The translations under genes were made by a program, and so were the position numbers. Below, one piece after another: positions 48,916 through 58,197 of a stretch of 64,000 bases of DNA. Each line of letters opens with the position of its first letter. Position 1 is the first letter of the stretch. This DNA is from Candidatus Marinacidobacterium sp. (GTDB lineage: Bacteria > Acidobacteriota > Vicinamibacteria > Marinacidobacterales > Marinacidobacteraceae), in NCBI GenBank assembly GCA_965223075.1, contig OZ244986.1, forward strand, positions 3,116,101 through 3,180,100, in the 5' to 3' direction. The notes under the pieces are model-generated. The model did not search any database, was not told the DNA's origin, and was given only the letters and a program-made list of their open reading frames with translations.

Positions 48916-49059
48916 GACAGTCTCCAGGCCGGGCGTGGCGCGCCGCACGGACACCGGGAGGCGCAACTACAATTCCCCCCGTTGCCCCGAATCGGGGGAT
49001 GTCAGGTCCGTAGAACGCGGCGCCACGCCGACGCCCGGCCTGTCCAAGGGAGACTCCGC

Positions 49060-49809
49060 ATGAGATCCACGATGTCGCTCGCGCTCTCGGCGGCGCTGGC
49101 GTGCGCGGCGCTGGCCAGCAACGGCTGGGCGCAGCCCGAGCCGCAGCCGCCCCCGGACAAGGAGGCCGTGCGGGAGATCGTCCGGGAGTACCTGCTCGAG
49201 CACCCGGAGGTCATCGAAGAGGCGATCCTCGCGCTCAACGCGAAGCGCCAGGCCGCAAAGGCGGCGAGGGCGCGGGACGCGCTGATGAAGAACCAAGCGG
49301 CGCTGGTCGGCCATCCGATGTCGCCGGTTTCCGGCAACCCCGAGGGCGACGTGACGCTCGTCGAGTTCTTCGACTACCAGTGCGGCCACTGCAAGCGCTC
49401 GCTCGCGCCGGTCATGGATCTGCTGAAGAGCGATCCGGGGCTGCGGATCGTGTGGAAGGATTTTCCGATACTCGGGCCGGTCTCGAGCTTCGCCGCGCTC
49501 GCGTCCATGGCGGCGCACAAGCAGGACAAGTATCAGGCGTTCCACGAGGCGGTCATGGGCGCGCGGGATCGTCTCAGCGAGGACTCGGTGATGGTGATCG
49601 CGGAGCGGGTCGGACTCGACATCGAGCGCCTGCAGCAGGACATGGCCGATCCCGAGATCGCGGCCTATCTGGGCGAGACGCAGCGTCTTGCCCGCGAACT
49701 GGGCATCACGGGGACCCCGGCCTTCGTGATCGGGAACACGCTGGTGCCGGGCGCGGTGGACGGCGCGCGGCTCAGGCAACTCATCGCCGAGGCCCGCAGC
49801 GGCGGCTGA
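49060..49809 (+). CDS. DsbA-family thiol-disulfide oxidoreductase
   Basis: Signal peptide, VREYLLEHPEVI, EFFDYQCGHCKR and GITGTPAFVIG. Confidence 0.93.
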   Translation: MRSTMSLALSAALACAALASNGWAQPEPQPPPDKEAVREIVREYLLEHPEVIEEAILALNAKRQAAKAARARDALMKNQAALVGHPMSPVSGNPEGDVTLVEFFDYQCGHCKRSLAPVMDLLKSDPGLRIVWKDFPILGPVSSFAALASMAAHKQDKYQAFHEAVMGARDRLSEDSVMVIAERVGLDIERLQQDMADPEIAAYLGETQRLARELGITGTPAFVIGNTLVPGAVDGARLRQLIAEARSGG

Positions 49810-49824
49810 CGGCCGCCCGGCCGC

Positions 49825-49905
49825 GAGAGCGCGCAGACGGCCGGGAACGCCGACCTCCGGCCAGTTCTCCCGGTGGGGGCCGGCACCGCTCCCCGCAGGG
49901 GAGCG
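49825..49905 (+). repeat. REP-like hairpin with the 15-bp insert in its right arm
   Basis: GGGAACGCCGACCTCC-GGCC-AGTTCTCCCGGTGGG-GGCC-GGCAC (insert at 49863-49877). Confidence 0.8.
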
Positions 49906-49992
49906 AAACTGTTCTGACGCCCCGTGTCCGCATGGCGCGTCCCCCGTAGAATCGCCCGCGAGGCGCCCCGCGCCCCCGACGGGAGGTCCCCC

Positions 49993-51582
49993 ATGCGCTC
50001 ACCCACCAAAACCACCGCCCTGATGGGCCTCCTGCTGGCACTCCTCGCCACGGCCGCCCCCGCACAGGACCTCGATACCCTCCGCCCGGTCGCCGACCAG
50101 GGCGCCGCCGAACGCGCCAAGCTGGCCCAGGTGATGGTGGACTCCATCTTCAGCTTCGGCGAACTCGGCTTCCAGGAGGTCGAGACCTCCCGCTACCTCA
50201 CCGGCGTCCTGCGGGACAACGGCTTCGAGATTGAGGAAGGCATCGCCGGAATCCCCACGGCCTGGATGGCGCGCTGGGGCTCGGGTTCGCCGGTGATTGC
50301 CCTCGGCAGCGACATCGACGGGATCCCCAAGGCGTCCCAGAAGCCGGGTGTCGCCTACCACGACCCGCTGGTCGAGGGTGCCCCGGGCCACGGTGAGGGG
50401 CACAACTCCGGACAGGCCGTCATCGTCGTGGGGGCACTCGCCGCCAAGGAAGTCATGGAACGCGAGGGGATTCCCGGGACGATCGTCATCTGGCCGGGTG
50501 TGGCTGAAGAGCTATTGGCCACGAAGGCGTGGTTCGTCCGGGCCGGTTACTTCGACGACGTGGACGTCAACATCTTCACCCACGTGGCGTCCGACTTCGG
50601 AGTGAGCTGGGGGCAGGGAAGGGGCAGCGGCCTGGTGTCGGTGGAATACACCTTCCACGGCGAATCAGCGCACTCGGCGGGAGCGCCCTGGAGGGGCCGG
50701 AGCGCGCTCGACGCGGTGGAGATCATGAACGCCGCCTGGAACGTCAAGCGTGAGCACCTGCGCCTGCCGCACCGCTCGCACTACGTCATTACGAACGGAG
50801 GCGACCAGCCGAACGTCGTGCCCCAGTTGGCCTCGGTGTGGTACTACTTCCGGGAGATCGACCAGCCGCACATGAAGGAGCTCTTCGAGCTCGGGAACAC
50901 CATGGCGACGGCGGCGGCGGCGATGACGTCGACCGAGGCCTCCTGGCGCATCCTGGGGCACGCGTATCCGCGGCACTTCAGCAAGCCGGTGGCGGAGGCG
51001 GTGTGGGCGAACATCGAACGGGTGGGGCTTCCGGAGTGGAGCGAGGCGGACCATGCACTCGCCAAGGGACTCCAGCGGGAACTCGGGGTCGAAGAGCAGG
51101 GCCTCGCGATGGAACTCGGACAGATGGGCGGTCCCGCGCCCGAACCCCACCTCGGGGGCTTTTCCGATGATCTGGGAGACATTTCGTGGACGGTTCCGAC
51201 GGTGACGCTGCGCTACCCGTCGAACATCCCCGGCGGTCCGGGTCACCACTGGGCGAACGCGGTGGCGATGGCCACGCCCATCGCCCACAAGGGGGTGGCC
51301 GCCGCAGCGCGGGTGATCGCGATGACGCTCATGGATCTGTTCCTGAATCCCGAGATCGTCCCGGCAGCGAAGGAGTACTTCGCCGAGCAGACGGCGGAGC
51401 ACCAATACACCCCACTGCTCGGTCCGGACGACCCCCCGGCGATTTACCTCAACAAGGAGAAGATGGACTCCTTCCGGGAGGCGATGCGGCCGTTCTACTA
51501 CGACCCAGAGCGGTACGACTCCTATCTGGAGCAGCTGGGGATCGAGTACCCGACGGTGCGGGAGGGCGAGCCGGAGAACTGA
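49993..51582 (+). CDS. M20/AbgB-like amidohydrolase, secreted
   Basis: FSFGELGFQEVETS, GHGEGHN, PGVAEE, AHSAGAPWRGRSALDAVE and GFSDDLGDISW. Confidence 0.88.
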   Translation: MRSPTKTTALMGLLLALLATAAPAQDLDTLRPVADQGAAERAKLAQVMVDSIFSFGELGFQEVETSRYLTGVLRDNGFEIEEGIAGIPTAWMARWGSGSPVIALGSDIDGIPKASQKPGVAYHDPLVEGAPGHGEGHNSGQAVIVVGALAAKEVMEREGIPGTIVIWPGVAEELLATKAWFVRAGYFDDVDVNIFTHVASDFGVSWGQGRGSGLVSVEYTFHGESAHSAGAPWRGRSALDAVEIMNAAWNVKREHLRLPHRSHYVITNGGDQPNVVPQLASVWYYFREIDQPHMKELFELGNTMATAAAAMTSTEASWRILGHAYPRHFSKPVAEAVWANIERVGLPEWSEADHALAKGLQRELGVEEQGLAMELGQMGGPAPEPHLGGFSDDLGDISWTVPTVTLRYPSNIPGGPGHHWANAVAMATPIAHKGVAAAARVIAMTLMDLFLNPEIVPAAKEYFAEQTAEHQYTPLLGPDDPPAIYLNKEKMDSFREAMRPFYYDPERYDSYLEQLGIEYPTVREGEPEN

Positions 51583-51639
51583 TGTTGGCTCGGGCAGCGC
51601 GAAACCCGCGGGCGTTCTCGCGGAGAACCGGCCCGGCGG

Positions 51640-51823
51640 GCGTCAGCCCTACGTCCTGTTCCGGCTCGACCGGCCGGCGCCGGGAATCGCGGAGGCGTGC
51701 GCGTACAAGATCGCGGAGCGGGCGACCGTCGTGATCAGCATCTACTTCTACGGCGACGACGGGCCAGTGGCCGCCCGTGGCGAGGCCGCCGGGAAAGAGT
51801 GGATGGGCGCGTGCTTCGCGTAG
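51640..51823 (+). pseudogene. C-terminal fragment resembling an SRPBCC/AHA1-type protein
   Basis: Manual translation YVLFRLDRPAPGIAEACAY...VVISIYFYGDDG..AARGE...EWMGACFA*; no start codon. Confidence 0.45.
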
Positions 51824-51864
51824 CCGCGCCCCGCGAAGACGGACGCGCCGCACACCCGCGCCGG

Positions 51865-52191
51865 CTACGTCCGTCTTCGCTTGCCTCTCGCGACCTCGGT
51901 CGCCAGCGCATCGAGCGCCGGCTCCCACAGCCGGCGGAACCGCTCCAGCCACGCGGCGACGTCCTTTAGCGGATCCGCGTCCACGGCGTACAGGCGCCGG
52001 GCGCCGTCGTTGCGCACCGTCGCGAAGCCGCTGTCACGCATTACCTTGAGGTGCTGCGACACCGCCGCCTGCGTGATGCCGAACTCGCGCCGGATGACCT
52101 CCGCGATGGCGCCGGCGGCGTGGTCTCCGTCGGCGAGGAGCTCGAGGATGCGCCGCCGGACCGGGTCGCGCAGCACCTCGAACGCGTGCAT
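51865..52191 (-). CDS. ArsR/SmtB-family transcriptional regulator
   Basis: DPVRRRILELLA, ITQAAVSQHLKVMRDSG; coupled to the upstream SRPBCC stop. Confidence 0.9.
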   Translation of the reverse strand: MHAFEVLRDPVRRRILELLADGDHAAGAIAEVIRREFGITQAAVSQHLKVMRDSGFATVRNDGARRLYAVDADPLKDVAAWLERFRRLWEPALDALATEVARGKRRRT

Positions 52192-52832
52192 CAGGCGGGC
52201 TCGGCTGGTTCCCCAGTGAAGAACGCAGCGGTGCGACGCGCCGCCGCGCGCGCCGCGTCGGGGTCCGTTTCGGCCGCGACACCCGCTTCCCCCCACGCCG
52301 CGCTGCTGCCGGTGTAGAAGGCCTTGCCATCGCGGGAAGCGGTGAACGCGGCTTCGTCCGGCTGCGGCGCGGCCGGCTGAGCGAGATGCATCGCGAGCCA
52401 CAGGAGCCCACCCTCCCAGCCGACGCCGGTCGCCCCGGGCCCGAACTCACGCCAATGGTCCGAAAGGAGCGCGGTGTGGGTGAGGACCAGCCGCGCGCCG
52501 CCGGCGCCGTCGTCCGAGATACGCACCTCGACCCAACTGACGTCCCCGCCCCACTCCCAGGTGAGCGCGAGACGGGCGGGCGGTTCACACGCGGTGATCT
52601 CGCCCCCGGCATTCCCTTCGAACTGGAAGCGGCCCCCCGGTTCGAGTTCCCCGCGGATCGGCAGGAACCAGCGGGGAATGCGCTCGCCGTTCGTCACTGC
52701 GTCCCACAGGTCCTCGACCGTCGTCGGGTAGCTGCGGGAAAGAGTGACCGCACGAGCGGATCGCCCGTCGCGCTCCAGCGATACCACCGAGCGCTCGACC
52801 GCGCCGAGGTGTCCTTCGACATCGAAAACCAT
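52191..52832 (-). CDS. SRPBCC/AHSA1-family protein
   Basis: EDLWDAVT..ERIPRWFLP, CEPPARLALTWE and GPGATGVGW. Confidence 0.9.
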   Translation of the reverse strand: MVFDVEGHLGAVERSVVSLERDGRSARAVTLSRSYPTTVEDLWDAVTNGERIPRWFLPIRGELEPGGRFQFEGNAGGEITACEPPARLALTWEWGGDVSWVEVRISDDGAGGARLVLTHTALLSDHWREFGPGATGVGWEGGLLWLAMHLAQPAAPQPDEAAFTASRDGKAFYTGSSAAWGEAGVAAETDPDAARAAARRTAAFFTGEPAEPA

Positions 52833-52858
52833 GGTGTTCTCCCCAAATTCAAGAATGA

Positions 52859-52870
52859 ACTTATATAAGT
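52859..52870. promoter_or_regulatory. Candidate ArsR operator
   Basis: Perfect palindrome ACTTATATAAGT in an AT-rich gap between divergent genes. Confidence 0.55.
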
Positions 52871-52911
52871 ATACACTAAAATAAGAGTCCAGGACGATAC
52901 GGCCCTTTCCG

Positions 52912-53285
52912 ATGCCCAACGACATCGCCCATTTCGCGATCCACGCCGACGATTACCAACGCGCCAAGAGGTCCTACGAAGAGGTGTTCGGCTGGACGTT
53001 CGAGCCGTGGGGGCCGCCGGACTTCTGGCGCGTCCACACGAGTCCGGGAGGGATCCACGGCGCGCTGCAAAAGCGCCGCGGACCCCTGACGGGGACGGGA
53101 TTACGGCGTTCGAGTGCACGATCGCGGTGGAAGACGTGGCGGCAACCGCCGCGGCCATCGAGACCCACGGCGGCCAGCTCACCAAACAGCTGTTCGAGAT
53201 CGAACACGTGGGGATTCTCGTGATGTTCAAGGACACGGAGGGGAACACGGTCGGCGCGATGCAGTACTTCCCCGGAATTCGTTAG
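52912..53285 (+). pseudogene. VOC/glyoxalase-family gene, frameshifted near 53095
   Basis: N-half IAHFAIHADD...FGWTFE..GPPDF is in one frame; C-half FECTIAVEDV...FKDTEGN is in another. Confidence 0.75.
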
Positions 53286-53564
53286 CCGGAAAACCATGCA
53301 CCAGAATCCCGAGCGCATCCAGTCTCTCCGGTTCAGGAGGGGAGGACCTTCTGATTCTGCTCCCGCAAACTGGCTCTCAGGATGCCGCCGGAAACTGCCT
53401 TGCCGTGTCCCAGGGCGCGCGAGGCAGAGAGCGGCGCGGGACGGCGTAGGGCAGTCGCCCCCTGAGGCGCCGACCGAGTTCCAGCGACGCAACAAACGTA
53501 GTCCGGGACGGACCGCGATCCGGACCCCGGTTCAAAGACCGCACGCCGACAGCCCAGCAGCCTC

Positions 53565-54578
53565 ATGCCCGACCAGCCTCTCCTGAACCAAGTGTCCGTC
53601 GTCGCCGGCGCCACCCGCGGCGCCGGCCGGGGTATCGCTCTTATGCTGGGGGCGGCGGGCGCCACCGTCTATTGCACCGGTCGTAGCGTGAGTGGGCGCC
53701 CCGCCACTGCCGGGCGGTCTGAGACGATCGAAGAGACCGCGAAGATGGTGACCGCGGCGGGAGGCCGCGGCATCGCCGTCCGCACCGACCATACCGTTGA
53801 GGCCGAGGTCGAGCGACTGTTTACGCGCATCCGCACGGAACAGGGCCGGCTCGACGTGCTGGTCAACGACATCTGGGGCGGCGACGCGTTGACCGAGTGG
53901 GGAGCGCCCTTCTGGGAACTCTCCACCGCTCAGGGGCTCGAATTGCTGGAGCGCGCCGTGCACGGTCACGTCGTCACGAGCCGGCACGGCGTCCCCTTGA
54001 TGGTCGAGCGTAACGCGGGGCTCGTCGTCGAGGTTACTGACGGCGATACCCTCGGGTATCGCGGCAATTTCTTCTACGATCTGGCTAAGAACGCGGTCAT
54101 TCGGCGGGCCTACGCGATGGCGGCCGACCTGCACGCGCATCGGGTAACGGCGGTGGCGCTCACGCCGGGGCTGATGCGGTCCGAGGCGGTGCTCGACCAG
54201 TACGGGGTCACCGAGGCGAACTGGCGGGACGTCATCGAGAAGGATCCGTACTTCGCCGAGTCCGAGACGCCGTGCTACGTAGGTCGGGCGGTGGTGGCGC
54301 TGGCTGCCGACCCGGACGTCCGGTCCAGAAGCGGCGGCCTGTTCTCGAGCTGGGGGCTGGCGAAGGAGTACGGCTTCACCGACGTGGACGACCGCCGGCC
54401 GGATTGGGGCAGCTTCTTCCCGAGGAAGGTGCAGGAGATTGTCGAGAAGGACACTCCGCCGAGCGAGGAGGACATGGACCTGTTCGTGGTTCGTACGCGC
54501 CTGTACCAAGTGGAAGGCGATCCCGCAGCGGCCGACGAGGCGGCGCGGCTGCACGCCTACCTCGATCGCCATCGCTGA
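53565..54578 (+). CDS. SDR-family oxidoreductase (DHRS1-like)
   Basis: VAGATRGAGRGIA, LVNDIWG, YDLAK and PGLMRSE. Confidence 0.9.
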   Translation: MPDQPLLNQVSVVAGATRGAGRGIALMLGAAGATVYCTGRSVSGRPATAGRSETIEETAKMVTAAGGRGIAVRTDHTVEAEVERLFTRIRTEQGRLDVLVNDIWGGDALTEWGAPFWELSTAQGLELLERAVHGHVVTSRHGVPLMVERNAGLVVEVTDGDTLGYRGNFFYDLAKNAVIRRAYAMAADLHAHRVTAVALTPGLMRSEAVLDQYGVTEANWRDVIEKDPYFAESETPCYVGRAVVALAADPDVRSRSGGLFSSWGLAKEYGFTDVDDRRPDWGSFFPRKVQEIVEKDTPPSEEDMDLFVVRTRLYQVEGDPAAADEAARLHAYLDRHR

Positions 54579-54713
54579 CCCGCCGTCTCGGTCGGCGCAA
54601 ATCAGGACTGGGGCGGCGCGCCGGCGCCGGACGGAGGCCCGCGGAACACGATGAACCGCGATCTCACCGACTGACTTTGTCAGCGCGACGCTGGCCGCTT
54701 GTGAGGTCCTGAG

Positions 54714-55639
54714 TCAACTGCTCCGGGGTTCACCCCGGAACACCTCCCGGCGATGCCAGGCCACGAAGGCGGGGTTGGGTAGCTGCGAGTCGTCCTGCGG
54801 TTGGCGTAGCGGTCGCCCGCGGGCGTCCACGAGCCGCTGGAAGTCCTCGCTGGTCCCACTGAGCTCCTGCGAAACGAGCAGCGTGAATCCGAGGTCGGCG
54901 GCTGGGTTGAGCCCGACGGCTCCCCGGTCGAGCGCGTGATGGTGGAGCTTGCAGAGGGCAAGTCCGTTCGGGACCCGGTCCGGCCCGCCGGCGGCGTGCC
55001 ACTTGATGTGGGCGGCGTCGAGCCCCAGCAGATCGTCGCCGAGCCGGACATCGAAGTCGCAGATCGCGCAGCGACGCTCGTAGGCGGTGAGGACGGCGCG
55101 TCGGAATCTAGGGTCGCGCTTTCGTACGGATGCCGACCCGTACGACGATGGTGGTCCATCGCCATCGGTTCCAGAAGTCCAACAGCGTCCCGGATCGGGG
55201 TGTGGAACGAGTCGGGAAAATGGCCGTTCAGCAACGCCACGACGGCGGCTTCGATGAGTTCCCGATCTCCCCGAAGCAAGCTGTCCACTCCGGCCGGAAG
55301 CCCACCGCGAACATCGAGCTTCCGCAGCGCGGGAGCGGGAACCGAGCTTCCGCCCTTCTTCTTCGGAAGGGTTTTCCCGCCCGGGATCTCCCACAGGCCG
55401 TCCGACTGCAGGTGCCAGAAAGGGAATTCCGGCTGGTTCATGCCGTGCGGCGGTCCGAACCGTTTCAGGAGCCGTTGCAGGTCGGTTTCGAGTTCCGCAT
55501 ACCGGACGAGTCGCTCCTGGCCCTCGGAGATCCGGCCGAGCGCCAGCAGCAGGAGAAGGGGTTTGTGCGGGGCGCGGCGACCTCCCCGCTTCCAGACGTT
55601 GAGATTCTCAACCGCCTCGAGGAATTCCTGTCGGGTCAT
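54714..55639 (-). pseudogene. SBD-HNH type IV restriction endonuclease (phosphorothioate-binding type), frameshifted near 55140-55190
   Basis: N-terminal RAPHKPLLLL...PEFPFWHLQSDGLW is in one frame; RKRDPRFRRAVLTAYERRCAIC...DAAHIKW...NGLALCKLHH is in another. Confidence 0.8.
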
Positions 55640-55745
55640 GAAGCGGGCTGCTCAGGAAGGTCGTCGTTGCCCCGAAGCCCGCTCCGATGGAATGCCGAGG
55701 AAAAGGTTCAGCGACTCAGCGAATGCGCTGACATCGAGAAAGTAG

Positions 55746-56582
55746 TTTGGATACGCCCGCCGCAACGCCCTCGCCGAGTCGGTGGACGAGTCCGCCATCC
55801 GGCTCTGCGTGGTGTCCGTCGCGCCCGGATGGCACGATCCGACCGCGCTCCTCGGCTACGTGAACCCGCTCGCGCCTGACGGCACCTGGGCCGGCACGGA
55901 TTTCCAGCGCTTTCTGTTGAGCGCGGCCGGGAACCCGGGCGAGGTGCACGTCTGCGTGCTCGACGAGATGAACCTCTCCCATCCCGAGCAGTATCTGGCG
56001 CCGATCCTCAGCGCAATGGAGCGGGAGGGCGGCATGGTGGAGTTCCATGACGAGGATGAGATGGCCCTCGGCGTCCCGAAACGCATCCACTACCCGCGCA
56101 ACCTCGTCCTTATCGGCACGGTGAACATGGACGAGACCACGATGGGCATCTCCGACAAGGTGCTCGACCGGGCGTTCACGCTCGAGTTCTGGGACATCAA
56201 CGTGGACCAGTGGCCGCGCTGGGAGGCGTGCACGCTGGCCGACGACGAACGGGAGAGGGTTCAGAAACTGCTGAACGCGCTGATGGCGGCGCTCCGCCCG
56301 GCGCGGCTCCACTTCGGCTGGCGGGTAATCGCGGAGTTCGTCGCCTTCCTCGAACAACGGGCCGCGGACTCCGCCCGAATCGCGTTCGATGCTGCACTGG
56401 ACCAGGTCACCTACGCCAAGGTCCTTCCGAAGCTGCGTGGCGACGATTCCCAGCGGTTCCGGACGGCGCTCGAAACGTGCCGGAAGGTACTGGATGACGA
56501 GCGGGTGAGCGCATCGGCGCGCAAGGTCGCGGAGCTCATCGAGGACCTCGACGAGACCGGAAGCTTCCGCTTCTGGCGCTAG
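55746..56582 (+). pseudogene. McrB-like AAA+ GTPase, N-terminally truncated
   Basis: VAPGWHDPT.LLGYVNP, VLDEMN, GTVNMDETT and DKVLDRA are present. An in-frame TAG at 55743 lies where Walker A should be, and no P-loop is seen. Confidence 0.8.
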
Positions 56583-56586
56583 ATGG

Positions 56587-58197
56587 GTGGCTACGGTGCG
56601 GTGCGCCGCGCTTGAAGTACGGCGGGAGGACCGTTGGATCCCCCTCGATCCCGCCGGACCGAACGTCAGGTTCTCCGAGCTACGCGAGGCGGAGCTCCGG
56701 ATTCCCGAAGGCCGGGAGGTGCCCGAGGGATGTCGGCTGCTGGTGGACGACGAGCCGCTCGACTCGCGGAGTTCAGGCACCTGGGTCTGGAAGCCCGGGT
56801 TCTATGCGGGACCGGTGCGCGCCGAACTACTCGACCCCAACGGAGGCGTGCTCGGGAGCTGGCGGCTCGACGTGACCCCGGACCCCAGCAAGGTAGGGCC
56901 GGAACTCTTCATCGGGATGCTGCGGGACATCCTCGATCACGACCCCGAGCTCGTCCTCGGGACGGAACCAGCGCGCCACCGGCTTGGGGCGCTTGGCGAA
57001 ACCGAGCATCCGCTGGTGGAACTGGAGCGCCTCCGCCGCCGCGAAGGCGCGCTCGCCCGTGCCATCGCCGCCATCCACCGCGAGCCGCGCAGCGTGCTGC
57101 GTACTCGGCGGGAACGGGTCCCGCTCCACCGGGTGCGCCGCGCCGACCTTCGCACGCTGCGTACCGCGCTCCTCGAACCGGCGGTGCTCGCTGCGCTTCC
57201 CCGGACGCGCCCGGTGGAAATCGCGGGGTTCTGGTCGAGTCCGCCGTTCCTCGACACTCCGGCCGCAGAGCGCAGCCTCGACTCTCCCGCGAACCGCGCC
57301 GCACTCTTCATGCTACGGGCGCTCCGGCGGCCGGCTGGACGGGTGCTGGAACGGTTGCGGGTCGAAGCAGAGAAGGAAGGCAAGGCCGCGACCCGGACCG
57401 CGTACCGGGCACGGCTGCCCCGCTGGGAGGAAGTCCTGACCAAGTTGTCCCGGTACTTCGAGCGCACGGAGCGGAAGTCGCCTTTCCGGGACGCCCGGCA
57501 GCCCGAGATCACCGCCGCAGGGCTGAACGCGGTCGCCGCGCATCCGGTGTACGCGCAGTTCTGGCGGGTGGGATGGGAGGCGCTCCGTCCCAGCGTCCAT
57601 CGCGACGCGGCCGATGAGCTTCCGCTCAGCCCGACGTGGGAGATCTACGAGCGCTGGTGCTTCGTGGAGTTGGCGCGTTGCCTCCGGGAATGACTTCCGG
57701 AGTCGGATTGGAGGGAGTCACGCGGGCAGGGAGTCGGCGACCGCCGGTGGGTGCGGTTCCGGCGAGGCAGCGAAACCGCGATCTGGCTCTTGGTGCAGAA
57801 GACGGCGCGGCGAGACGGCGCGGACCTGCGGTCGGTCTCCGCCCAGTTCGTGCCGGATCTCGCGCTACGCCGGGAGGGGCCGGCGGAACGCCCCGGGTTC
57901 GTGATCCTCGATGCGAAGTACCGCGCGAGTTCCGAGGGGATCGTGGGCGGAATGGCCGAATCCGCCCACCCCTATCAGGACGCGCTGCGCTGGGCCGGGA
58001 AACGCCCCGACGCGACGCTACTCCTCGTTCCCGACGTCGGCCGGGCGGACTTTCTGTCCGAGGCGGCGTTCGTCGCCGACAACCGGGTCGGCGCCATCAC
58101 GCTCCGCCCCGGCACCGCGCCGCCGCACTGGTTCCGTGACCTACTGCTCGGTGGAATCCTCCCGGACGCCCCGGCCTCCAGGAGCGGCCGGAGGTAG
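56587..58197 (+). pseudogene. McrC-like DUF2357 plus PD-(D/E)xK protein with an internal in-frame TGA (57691-57693)
   Basis: SLDSPANR, HPVY, TWEIYERWCF, then after the TGA in the same frame VPDL...ILDAKYR. Confidence 0.75.

Noticed and set aside
47527-49059. 760-aa ORF suggesting a DsbA fusion
   Set aside because: The upstream part is an alternative frame of the S9-like gene plus repeat DNA; DsbA has its own RBS, ATG (49060) and signal peptide.
57691-57693. In-frame TGA as selenocysteine or genetic-code reassignment
   Set aside because: TGA terminates many intact genes in this window, no SECIS-like hairpin was recognised, and neighbouring genes are also damaged; a nonsense mutation is simpler.
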